Source of the DNA: Eledone cirrhosa
Taxonomy: Eukaryota
Direction: 5' to 3'
Assembly (NCBI GenBank): GCA_964016885.1
Contig: CAXHJY010000346.1
Location: 68,001-132,000 of the forward strand
DNA length: 64,000 bases
Part shown: positions 1 to 12,800 of the stretch, in pieces
Layout of the letters: the number at the start of each line of letters is the position of its first letter
Position numbering within the stretch: position 1 is the first letter of the stretch
The notes under the pieces: generated by a model
The model's database searches: none
Seen by the model: the letters and a program-made list of their open reading frames with translations, nothing else
What the model was told of the DNA's origin: nothing
Translations under genes and position numbers: made by a program

Positions 1-209
1 TTTTTGGATTCGTTTTCTTCGAAGCACACCATTCGCCGGCGGACTTTGCTGACGTTTAACACGGTTTGGTTCCACAACCACAACTATTGATTTTACGGAG
101 ATATCTTGCTGAAATTCACGCCACACATAGCCAATGAGTGTCTGCACATGTACCAGTAATTACAGATCGATCCGACCACGGGCGGCCGGCCCGCGATTGA
201 AAAGGTAAC

Positions 210-270
210 TCCGCCGGCAAATCGTCATTTTTGGATTCGTTTTCTTCGAAGCACACCATTTGCCGGCGGA
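210..270. repeat. Intra-monomer inverted repeat (16-bp arms, 29-bp spacer); first copy shown, recurs in each monomer
   Basis: Left arm tccgccggcaaatcgt (210-225). Right arm accatttgccggcgga (255-270), whose reverse complement tccgccggcaaatggt matches 15/16. The majority allele (attcgccgg) matches 14/16. Confidence 0.9.
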
Positions 271-2839
271 CTTTGCTGACGTTTAACACGGTTTGGTTCC
301 ACAGCCACAACTATTGATTTTACGGAGATATCTTGCTGGAATTCACGCCACACATAGCCAATGAGTGTCTGCACATGTACCAGTAATTACAGATCGATCC
401 GACCACGGGCGGCCGGCCCGCGATTGAAAAGGTAACTCCGCCGGCAAATCGTCATTTTTGGATTCGTTTTCTTCGAAGCACACCATTCGCCGGCGGACTT
501 TGTTGACGTTTAACACGGTTTGGTTCCACAGCCACAACTATTGATTTTACGGAGATATCTTGCTGAAATTCACGCCACCCATAGCCAATGAGTGTCTGCA
601 CATGTACCAGTAATTACAGATCGATCCGACCACGGGCGGCCGGCCCGCGATTGAAAAGGTAACTCCGCCGGCAAATCGTCATTTTTGGATTCGTTTTCTT
701 CGAAGCACACCATTCGCCGGCGGACTTTGCTGACGTTTAACACGGTTTGGTTCCACAACCACAACTATTGATTTTACGGAGATATCTTGCTGAAATTCAC
801 GCCACACATAGCCAATGAGTGTCTGCACATGTACCAGTAATTACAGATCGATCCGACCACGGGCGGCCGGGCCGCGATTGAAAAGGTAACTCCGCCGGCA
901 AATCGTCATTTTTGGATTCGTTTTCTTCGAAGCACACCATTCGCCGGCGGACTTTGCTGACGTTTAACACGGTTTGGTTCCACAGCCACAACTATTGATT
1001 TTACGGAGATATCTTGCTGAAATTCACGCCACACATAGCCAATGAGTGTCTGCACATGTACCAGTAATTACAGATCGATCCGACCACGGGCGGCCGGCCC
1101 GCGATTGAAAAGGTAACTCCGCCGGCAAATCGTCATTTTTGGATTCGTTTTCTTCGAAGCACACCATTCGCCGGCGGACTTTGTTGACGTTTAACACGGT
1201 TTGGTTCCACAGCCACAACTATTGATTTTACGGAGATATCTTGCTGAAATTCACGCCACCCATAGCCAATGAGTGTCTGCACATGTACCAGTAATTACAG
1301 ATCGATCCGACCACGGGCGGCCGGCCCGCGATTGAAAAGGTAACTCCGCCGGCAAATCGTCATTTTTGGATTCGTTTTCTTCGAAGCACACCATTCGCCG
1401 GCGGACTTTGCTGACGTTTAACACGGTTTGGTTCCACAGCCACAACTATTGATTTTACGGAGATATCTTGCTGAAATTCACGCCACCCATAGCCAATGAG
1501 TGTCTGCACATCTACCAGTAATTACAGATCGATCCGACCACGGGCGGCCGGCCCGCGATTGAAAAGGTAACTCCGCCGGCAAATCGTCATTTTTGGATTC
1601 GTTTTCTTCGAAGCACACCATTCGCCGGCGGACTTTGCTGACGTTTAACACGGTTTGGTTCCACAGCCACAACTATTGATTTTACGGAGATATCTTGCTG
1701 AAATTCACGCCACACATAGCCAATGAGTGTCTGCACATGTACCAGTAATTACAGATCGACCCGACCACGGGCGGCCGGCCCGCGATTGAAAAGGTAACTC
1801 CGCCGGCAAATCGTCATTTTTGGATTCGTTTTCTTCGAAGCACACCATTCGCCGGCGGACTTTGTTGACGTTTAACACGGTTTGGTTCCACAGCCACAAC
1901 TATTGATTTTACGGAGATATCTTGCTGAAATTCACGCCACACATAGCCAATGAGTGTCTGCACATGTACCAGTAATTACAGATCGATCCGACCACGGGCG
2001 GCCGGGCCGCGATTGAAAAGGTAACTCCGCCGGCAAATCGTCATTTTTGGATTCGTTTTCTTCGAAGCACACCATTCGCCGGCGGACTTTGCTGACGTTT
2101 AACACGGTTTGGTTCCACAGCCACAACTATTGATTTTACGGAGATATCTTGCTGAAATTCACGCCACACATAGCCAATGAGTGTCTGCACATGTACCAGT
2201 AATTACAGATCGATCCGACCACGGGCGGCCGGCCCGCGATTGAAAAGGTAACTCCGCCGGCAAATCGTCATTTTTGGATTCGTTTTCTTCGAAGCACACC
2301 ATTCGCCGGCGGACTTTGTTGACGTTTAACACGGTTTGGTTCCACAGCCACAACTATTGATTTTACGGAGATATCTTGCTGAAATTCACGCCACCCATAG
2401 CCAATGAGTGTCTGCACATGTACCAGTAATTACAGATCGATCCGACCACGGGCGGCCGGCCCGCGATTGGAAAGGTAACTCCGCCGGCAAATCGTCATTT
2501 TTGGATTCGTTTTCTTCGAAGCACACCATTCGCCGGCGGACTTTGCTGACGTTTAACACGGTTTGGTTCCACAGCCACAACTATTGATTTTACGGAGATA
2601 TCTTGCTGAAATTCACGCCACACATAGCCAATGAGTGTCTGCACATGTACCAGTAATTACAGATCGATCCGACCACGGGCGGCCGGCCCGCGATTGAAAA
2701 GGTAACTCCGCCGGCAAATCGTCATTTTTGGATTCGTTTTCTTCGAAGCACACCATTTGCCGGCGGACTTTGCTGACGTTTAACACGGTTTGGTTCCACA
2801 GCCACAACTATTGATTTTACGGAGATATCTTGCTGGAAT

Positions 2840-5800
2840 TCACGCCACACATAGCCAATGAGTGTCTGCACATGTACCAGTAATTACAGATCGATCCGAC
2901 CACGGGCGGCCGGCCCGCGATTGAAAAGGTAACTCCGCCGGCAAATCGTCATTTTTGGATTCGTTTTCTTCGAAGCACACCATTCGCCGGCGGACTTTGC
3001 TGACGTTTAACACGGTTTGGTTCCACAACCACAACTATTGATTTTACGGAGATATCTTGCTGAAATTCACGCCACACATAGCCAATGAGTGTCTGCACAT
3101 GTACCAGTAATTACAGATCGATCCGACCACGGGCGGCCGGCCCGCGATTGAAAAGGTAACTCCGCCGGCAAATCGTCATTTTTGGATTCGTTTTCTTCGA
3201 AGCACACCATTCGCCGGCGGACTTTGTTGACGTTTAACACGGTTTGGTTCCACAGCCACAACTATTGATTTTACGGAGATATCTTGCTGAAATTCACGCC
3301 ACCCATAGCCAATGAGTGTCTGCACATGTACCAGTAATTACAGATCGATCCGACCACGGGCGGCCGGCCCGCGATTGAAAAGGTAACTCCGCCGGCAAAT
3401 CGTCATTTTTGGATTCGTTTTCTTCGAAGCACACCATTCGCCGGCGGACTTTGCTGACGTTTAACACGGTTTGGTTCCACAGCCACAACTATTGATTTTA
3501 CGGAGATATCTTGCTGAAATTCACGCCACACATAGCCAATGAGTGTCTGCACATGTACCAGTAATTACAGATCGATCCGACCACGGGCGGCCGGCCCGCG
3601 ATTGAAAAGGTAACTCCGCCGGCAAATCGTCATTTTTGGATTCGTTTTCTTCGAAGCACACCATTCGCCGGCGGACTTTGTTGACGTTTAACACGGTTTG
3701 GTTCCACAGCCACAACTATTGATTTTACGGAGATATCTTGCTGAAATTCACGCCACCCATAGCCAATGAGTGTCTGCACATGTACCAGTAATTACAGATC
3801 GATCCGACCACGGGCGGCCGGCCCGCGATTGGAAAGGTAACTCCGCCGGCAAATCGTCATTTTTGGATTCGTTTTCTTCGAAGCACACCATTCGCCAGCG
3901 GACTTTGCTGACGTTTAACACGGTTTGGTTCCACAGCCACAACTATTGATTTTACGGAGATATCTTGCTGAAATTCACGCCACACATAGCCAATGAGTGT
4001 CTGCACATGTACCAGTAATTACAGATCGATCCGACCACGGGCGGCCGGCCCGCGATTGAAAAGGTAACTCCGCCGGCAAATCGTCATTTTTGGATTCGTT
4101 TTCTTCGAAGCACACCATTCGCCGGCGGACTTTGCTGACGTTTAACACGGTTTGGTTCCACAGCCACAACTATTGATTTTACGGAGATATCTTGCTGGAA
4201 TTCACGCCACACATAGCCAATGAGTGTCTGCACATGTACCAGTAATTACAGATCGATCCGACCACGGGCGGCCGGCCCGCGATTGAAAAGGTAACTCCGC
4301 CGGCAAATCGTCATTTTTGGATTCGTTTTCTTCGAAGCACACCATTCGCCGGCGGACTTTGCTGACGTTTAACACGGTTTGGTTCCACAGCCACAACTAT
4401 TGATTTTACGGAGATATCTTGCTGAAATTCACGCCACCCATAGCCAATGAGTGTCTGCACATGTACCAGTAATTACAGATCGATCCGACCACGGGCGGCC
4501 GGCCCGCGATTGAAAAGGTAACTCCGCCGGCAAATCGTCATTTTTGGATTCGTTTTCTTCGAAGCACACCATTCGCCGGCGGACTTTGCTGACGTTTAAC
4601 ACGGTTTGGTTCCACAACCACAACTATTGATTTTACGGAGATATCTTGCTGAAATTCACGCCACACATAGCCAATGAGTGTCTGCACATGTACCAGTAAT
4701 TACAGATCGATCCGACCACGGGCGGCCGGCCCGCGATTGAAAAGGTAACTCCGCCGGCAAATCGTCATTTTTGGATTCGTTTTCTTCGAAGCACACCATT
4801 CGCCGGCGGACTTTGCTGACGTTTAACACGGTTTGGTTCCACAACCACAACTATTGATTTTACGGAGATATCTTGCTGGAATTCACGCCACACATAGCCA
4901 ATGAGTGTCTGCACATGTACCAGTAATTACAGATCGATCCGACCACGGGCGGCCGGCCCGCGATTGAAAAGGTAACTCCGCCGGCAAATCGTCATTTTTG
5001 GATTCGTTTTCTTCGAAGCACACCATTCGCCGGCGGACTTTGCTGACGTTTAACACGGTTTGGTTCCACAACCACAACTATTGATTTTACGGAGATATCT
5101 TGCTGAAATTCACGCCACACATAGCCAATGAGTGTCTGCACATGTACCAGTAATTACAGATCGATCCGACCACGGGCGGCCGGCCCGCGATTGAAAAGGT
5201 AACTCCGCCGGCAAATCGTCATTTTTGGATTCGTTTTCTTCGAAGCACACCATTCGCCGGCGGACTTTGTTGACGTTTAACACGGTTTGGTTCCACAGCC
5301 ACAACTATTGATTTTACGGAGATATCTTGCTGAAATTCACGCCACCCATAGCCAATGAGTGTCTGCACATGTACCAGTAATTACAGATCGATCCGACCAC
5401 GGGCGGCCGGCCCGCGATTGAAAAGGTAACTCCGCCGGCAAATCGTCATTTTTGGATTCGTTTTCTTCGAAGCACACCATTCGCCGGCGGACTTTGCTGA
5501 CGTTTAACACGGTTTGGTTCCACAGCCACAACTATTGATTTTACGGAGATATCTTGCTGAAATTCACGCCACACATAGCCAATGAGTGTCTGCACATGTA
5601 CCAGTAATTACAGATCGATCCGACCACGGGCGGCCGGCCCGCGATTGAAAAGGTAACTCCGCCGGCAAATCGTCATTTTTGGATTCGTTTTCTTCGAAGC
5701 ACACCATTCGCCGGCGGACTTTGTTGACGTTTAACACGGTTTGGTTCCACAGCCACAACTATTGATTTTACGGAGATATCTTGCTGAAATTCACGCCACC

Positions 5801-6893
5801 CATAGCCAATGAGTGTCTGCACATGTACCAGTAATTACAGATCGATCCGACCACGGGCGGCCGGCCCGCGATTGGAAAGGTAACTCCGCCGGCAAATCGT
5901 CATTTTTGGATTCGTTTTCTTCGAAGCACACCATTCGCCAGCGGACTTTGCTGACGTTTAACACGGTTTGGTTCCACAGCCACAACTATTGATTTTACGG
6001 AGATATCTTGCTGAAATTCACGCCACACATAGCCAATGAGTGTCTGCACATGTACCAGTAATTACAGATCGATCCGACCACGGGCGGCCGGCCCGCGATT
6101 GAAAAGGTAACTCCGCCGGCAAATCGTCATTTTTGGATTCGTTTTCTTCGAAGCACACCATTCGCCGGCGGACTTTGCTGACGTTTAACACGGTTTGGTT
6201 CCACAGCCACAACTATTGATTTTACGGAGATATCTTGCTGGAATTCACGCCACACATAGCCAATGAGTGTCTGCACATGTACCAGTAATTACAGATCGAT
6301 CCGACCACGGGCGGCCGGCCCGCGATTGAAAAGGTAACTCCGCCGGCAAATCGTCATTTTTGGATTCGTTTTCTTCGAAGCACACCATTCGCCGGCGGAC
6401 TTTGCTGACGTTTAACACGGTTTGGTTCCACAGCCACAACTATTGATTTTACGGAGATATCTTGCTGAAATTCACGCCACCCATAGCCAATGAGTGTCTG
6501 CACATGTACCAGTAATTACAGATCGATCCGACCACGGGCGGCCGGCCCGCGATTGAAAAGGTAACTCCGCCGGCAAATCGTCATTTTTGGATTCGTTTTC
6601 TTCGAAGCACACCATTCGCCGGCGGACTTTGCTGACGTTTAACACGGTTTGGTTCCACAACCACAACTATTGATTTTACGGAGATATCTTGCTGAAATTC
6701 ACGCCACACATAGCCAATGAGTGTCTGCACATGTACCAGTAATTACAGATCGATCCGACCACGGGCGGCCGGCCCGCGATTGAAAAGGTAACTCCGCCGG
6801 CAAATCGTCATTTTTGGATTCGTTTTCTTCGAAGCACACCATTCGCCGGCGGACTTTGCTGACGTTTAACACGGTTTGGTTCCACAACCACAA
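2840..6893. repeat. Higher-order tandem duplication of a 9-monomer unit (2043 bp)
   Basis: The order of monomer variants in ORFs 2840-4850 repeats in 4883-6893, including the rare gccag allele at 3897 and 5940. Boundaries are approximate. Confidence 0.85.
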
Positions 6894-9800
6894 CTATTGA
6901 TTTTACGGAGATATCTTGCTGGAATTCACGCCACACATAGCCAATGAGTGTCTGCACATGTACCAGTAATTACAGATCGATCCGACCACGGGCGGCCGGC
7001 CCGCGATTGAAAAGGTAACTCCGCCGGCAAATCGTCATTTTTGGATTCGTTTTCTTCGAAGCACACCATTCGCCGGCGGACTTTGTTGACGTTTAACACG
7101 GTTTGGTTCCACAGCCACAACTATTGATTTTACGGAGATATCTTGCTGAAATTCACGCCACCCATAGCCAATGAGTGTCTGCACATGTACCAGTAATTAC
7201 AGATCGATCCGACCACGGGCGGCCGGCCCGCGATTGAAAAGGTAACTCCGCCGGCAAATCGTCATTTTTGGATTCGTTTTCTTCGAAGCACACCATTCGC
7301 CGGCGGACTTTGCTGACGTTTAACACGGTTTGGTTCCACAGCCACAACTATTGATTTTACGGAGATATCTTGCTGAAATTCACGCCACCCATAGCCAATG
7401 AGTGTCTGCACATCTACCAGTAATTACAGATCGATCCGACCACGGGCGGCCGGCCCGCGATTGAAAAGGTAACTCCGCCGGCAAATCGTCATTTTTGGAT
7501 TCGTTTTCTTCGAAGCACACCATTCGCCGGCGGACTTTGCTGACGTTTAACACGGTTTGGTTCCACAGCCACAACTATTGATTTTACGGAGATATCTTGC
7601 TGAAATTCACGCCACACATAGCCAATGAGTGTCTGCACATGTACCAGTAATTACAGATCGACCCGACCACGGGCGGCCGGCCCGCGATTGAAAAGGTAAC
7701 TCCGCCGGCAAATCGTCATTTTTGGATTCGTTTTCTTCGAAGCACACCATTCGCCGGCGGACTTTGTTGACGTTTAACACGGTTTGGTTCCACAGCCACA
7801 ACTATTGATTTTACGGAGATATCTTGCTGAAATTCACGCCACACATAGCCAATGAGTGTCTGCACATGTACCAGTAATTACAGATCGATCCGACCACGGG
7901 CGGCCGGGCCGCGATTGAAAAGGTAACTCCGCCGGCAAATCGTCATTTTTGGATTCGTTTTCTTCGAAGCACACCATTCGCCGGCGGACTTTGCTGACGT
8001 TTAACACGGTTTGGTTCCACAGCCACAACTATTGATTTTACGGAGATATCTTGCTGAAATTCACGCCACACATAGCCAATGAGTGTCTGCACATGTACCA
8101 GTAATTACAGATCGATCCGACCACGGGCGGCCGGCCCGCGATTGAAAAGGTAACTCCGCCGGCAAATCGTCATTTTTGGATTCGTTTTCTTCGAAGCACA
8201 CCATTCGCCGGCGGACTTTGTTGACGTTTAACACGGTTTGGTTCCACAGCCACAACTATTGATTTTACGGAGATATCTTGCTGAAATTCACGCCACACAT
8301 AGCCAATGAGTGTCTGCACATGTACCAGTAATTACAGATCGATCCGACCACGGGCGGCCGGCCCGCGATTGAAAAGGTAACTCCGCCGGCAAATCGTCAT
8401 TTTTGGATTCGTTTTCTTCGAAGCACACCATTTGCCGGCGGACTTTGCTGACGTTTAACACGGTTTGGTTCCACAGCCACAACTATTGATTTTACGGAGA
8501 TATCTTGCTGGAATTCACGCCACACATAGCCAATGAGTGTCTGCACATGTACCAGTAATTACAGATCGATCCGACCACGGGCGGCCGGCCCGCGATTGAA
8601 AAGGTAACTCCGCCGGCAAATCGTCATTTTTGGATTCGTTTTCTTCGAAGCACACCATTTGCCGGCGGACTTTGCTGACGTTTAACACGGTTTGGTTCCA
8701 CAGCCACAACTATTGATTTTACGGAGATATCTTGCTGGAATTCACGCCACACATAGCCAATGAGTGTCTGCACATGTACCAGTAATTACAGATCGATCCG
8801 ACCACGGGCGGCCGGCCCGCGATTGAAAAGGTAACTCCGCCGGCAAATCGTCATTTTTGGATTCGTTTTCTTCGAAGCACACCATTCGCCGGCGGACTTT
8901 GTTGACGTTTAACACGGTTTGGTTCCACAGCCACAACTATTGATTTTACGGAGATATCTTGCTGAAATTCACGCCACCCATAGCCAATGAGTGTCTGCAC
9001 ATGTACCAGTAATTACAGATCGATCCGACCACGGGCGGCCGGCCCGCGATTGAAAAGGTAACTCCGCCGGCAAATCGTCATTTTTGGATTCGTTTTCTTC
9101 GAAGCACACCATTCGCCGGCGGACTTTGCTGACGTTTAACACGGTTTGGTTCCACAACCACAACTATTGATTTTACGGAGATATCTTGCTGAAATTCACG
9201 CCACACATAGCCAATGAGTGTCTGCACATGTACCAGTAATTACAGATCGATCCGACCACGGGCGGCCGGCCCGCGATTGAAAAGGTAACTCCGCCGGCAA
9301 ATCGTCATTTTTGGATTCGTTTTCTTCGAAGCACACCATTCGCCGGCGGACTTTGTTGACGTTTAACACGGTTTGGTTCCACAGCCACAACTATTGATTT
9401 TACGGAGATATCTTGCTGAAATTCACGCCACCCATAGCCAATGAGTGTCTGCACATGTACCAGTAATTACAGATCGATCCGACCACGGGCGGCCGGCCCG
9501 CGATTGGAAAGGTAACTCCGCCGGCAAATCGTCATTTTTGGATTCGTTTTCTTCGAAGCACACCATTCGCCGGCGGACTTTGCTGACGTTTAACACGGTT
9601 TGGTTCCACAGCCACAACTATTGATTTTACGGAGATATCTTGCTGAAATTCACGCCACACATAGCCAATGAGTGTCTGCACATGTACCAGTAATTACAGA
9701 TCGATCCGACCACGGGCGGCCGGCCCGCGATTGAAAAGGTAACTCCGCCGGCAAATCGTCATTTTTGGATTCGTTTTCTTCGAAGCACACCATTTGCCGG

Positions 9801-12800
9801 CGGACTTTGCTGACGTTTAACACGGTTTGGTTCCACAGCCACAACTATTGATTTTACGGAGATATCTTGCTGGAATTCACGCCACACATAGCCAATGAGT
9901 GTCTGCACATGTACCAGTAATTACAGATCGATCCGACCACGGGCGGCCGGCCCGCGATTGAAAAGGTAACTCCGCCGGCAAATCGTCATTTTTGGATTCG
10001 TTTTCTTCGAAGCACACCATTCGCCGGCGGACTTTGCTGACGTTTAACACGGTTTGGTTCCACAGCCACAACTATTGATTTTACGGAGATATCTTGCTGG
10101 AATTCACGCCACACATAGCCAATGAGTGTCTGCACATGTACCAGTAATTACAGATCGATCCGACCACGGGCGGCCGGCCCGCGATTGAAAAGGTAACTCC
10201 GCCGGCAAATCGTCATTTTTGGATTCGTTTTCTTCGAAGCACACCATTCGCCGGCGGACTTTGTTGACGTTTAACACGGTTTGGTTCCACAGCCACAACT
10301 ATTGATTTTACGGAGATATCTTGCTGAAATTCACGCCACCCATAGCCAATGAGTGTCTGCACATGTACCAGTAATTACAGATCGATCCGACCACGGGCGG
10401 CCGGCCCGCGATTGAAAAGGTAACTCCGCCGGCAAATCGTCATTTTTGGATTCGTTTTCTTCGAAGCACACCATTCGCCGGCGGACTTTGCTGACGTTTA
10501 ACACGGTTTGGTTCCACAACCACAACTATTGATTTTACGGAGATATCTTGCTGAAATTCACGCCACACATAGCCAATGAGTGTCTGCACATGTACCAGTA
10601 ATTACAGATCGATCCGACCACGGGCGGCCGGCCCGCGATTGAAAAGGTAACTCCGCCGGCAAATCGTCATTTTTGGATTCGTTTTCTTCGAAGCACACCA
10701 TTCGCCGGCGGACTTTGTTGACGTTTAACACGGTTTGGTTCCACAGCCACAACTATTGATTTTACGGAGATATCTTGCTGAAATTCACGCCACCCATAGC
10801 CAATGAGTGTCTGCACATGTACCAGTAATTACAGATCGATCCGACCACGGGCGGCCGGCCCGCGATTGGAAAGGTAACTCCGCCGGCAAATCGTCATTTT
10901 TGGATTCGTTTTCTTCGAAGCACACCATTCGCCGGCGGACTTTGCTGACGTTTAACACGGTTTGGTTCCACAGCCACAACTATTGATTTTACGGAGATAT
11001 CTTGCTGAAATTCACGCCACACATAGCCAATGAGTGTCTGCACATGTACCAGTAATTACAGATCGATCCGACCACGGGCGGCCGGCCCGCGATTGAAAAG
11101 GTAACTCCGCCGGCAAATCGTCATTTTTGGATTCGTTTTCTTCGAAGCACACCATTTGCCGGCGGACTTTGCTGACGTTTAACACGGTTTGGTTCCACAG
11201 CCACAACTATTGATTTTACGGAGATATCTTGCTGGAATTCACGCCACACATAGCCAATGAGTGTCTGCACATGTACCAGTAATTACAGATCGATCCGACC
11301 ACGGGCGGCCGGCCCGCGATTGAAAAGGTAACTCCGCCGGCAAATCGTCATTTTTGGATTCGTTTTCTTCGAAGCACACCATTCGCCGGCGGACTTTGCT
11401 GACGTTTAACACGGTTTGGTTCCACAACCACAACTATTGATTTTACGGAGATATCTTGCTGAAATTCACGCCACACATAGCCAATGAGTGTCTGCACATG
11501 TACCAGTAATTACAGATCGATCCGACCACGGGCGGCCGGCCCGCGATTGAAAAGGTAACTCCGCCGGCAAATCGTCATTTTTGGATTCGTTTTCTTCGAA
11601 GCACACCATTCGCCGGCGGACTTTGTTGACGTTTAACACGGTTTGGTTCCACAGCCACAACTATTGATTTTACGGAGATATCTTGCTGAAATTCACGCCA
11701 CCCATAGCCAATGAGTGTCTGCACATGTACCAGTAATTACAGATCGATCCGACCACGGGCGGCCGGCCCGCGATTGGAAAGGTAACTCCGCCGGCAAATC
11801 GTCATTTTTGGATTCGTTTTCTTCGAAGCACACCATTCGCCAGCGGACTTTGCTGACGTTTAACACGGTTTGGTTCCACAGCCACAACTATTGATTTTAC
11901 GGAGATATCTTGCTGAAATTCACGCCACACATAGCCAATGAGTGTCTGCACATGTACCAGTAATTACAGATCGATCCGACCACGGGCGGCCGGCCCGCGA
12001 TTGAAAAGGTAACTCCGCCGGCAAATCGTCATTTTTGGATTCGTTTTCTTCGAAGCACACCATTCGCCGGCGGACTTTGCTGACGTTTAACACGGTTTGG
12101 TTCCACAGCCACAACTATTGATTTTACGGAGATATCTTGCTGGAATTCACGCCACACATAGCCAATGAGTGTCTGCACATGTACCAGTAATTACAGATCG
12201 ATCCGACCACGGGCGGCCGGCCCGCGATTGAAAAGGTAACTCCGCCGGCAAATCGTCATTTTTGGATTCGTTTTCTTCGAAGCACACCATTCGCCGGCGG
12301 ACTTTGCTGACGTTTAACACGGTTTGGTTCCACAGCCACAACTATTGATTTTACGGAGATATCTTGCTGAAATTCACGCCACCCATAGCCAATGAGTGTC
12401 TGCACATGTACCAGTAATTACAGATCGATCCGACCACGGGCGGCCGGCCCGCGATTGAAAAGGTAACTCCGCCGGCAAATCGTCATTTTTGGATTCGTTT
12501 TCTTCGAAGCACACCATTCGCCGGCGGACTTTGCTGACGTTTAACACGGTTTGGTTCCACAACCACAACTATTGATTTTACGGAGATATCTTGCTGAAAT
12601 TCACGCCACACATAGCCAATGAGTGTCTGCACATGTACCAGTAATTACAGATCGATCCGACCACGGGCGGCCGGCCCGCGATTGAAAAGGTAACTCCGCC
12701 GGCAAATCGTCATTTTTGGATTCGTTTTCTTCGAAGCACACCATTCGCCGGCGGACTTTGCTGACGTTTAACACGGTTTGGTTCCACAACCACAACTATT

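Noticed and set aside
1-227. 5S rRNA, tRNA or tRNA-derived SINE array
   Set aside because: I see no 5S similarity and no cloverleaf. cttcgaagc and ggttccac only loosely resemble a Pol III B box, and there is no convincing A box.
210-234. Rho-independent terminator (GC-rich stretch followed by T5)
   Set aside because: The T-run lies inside the loop of the inverted repeat rather than after a strong stem, and the context is not prokaryote-like.
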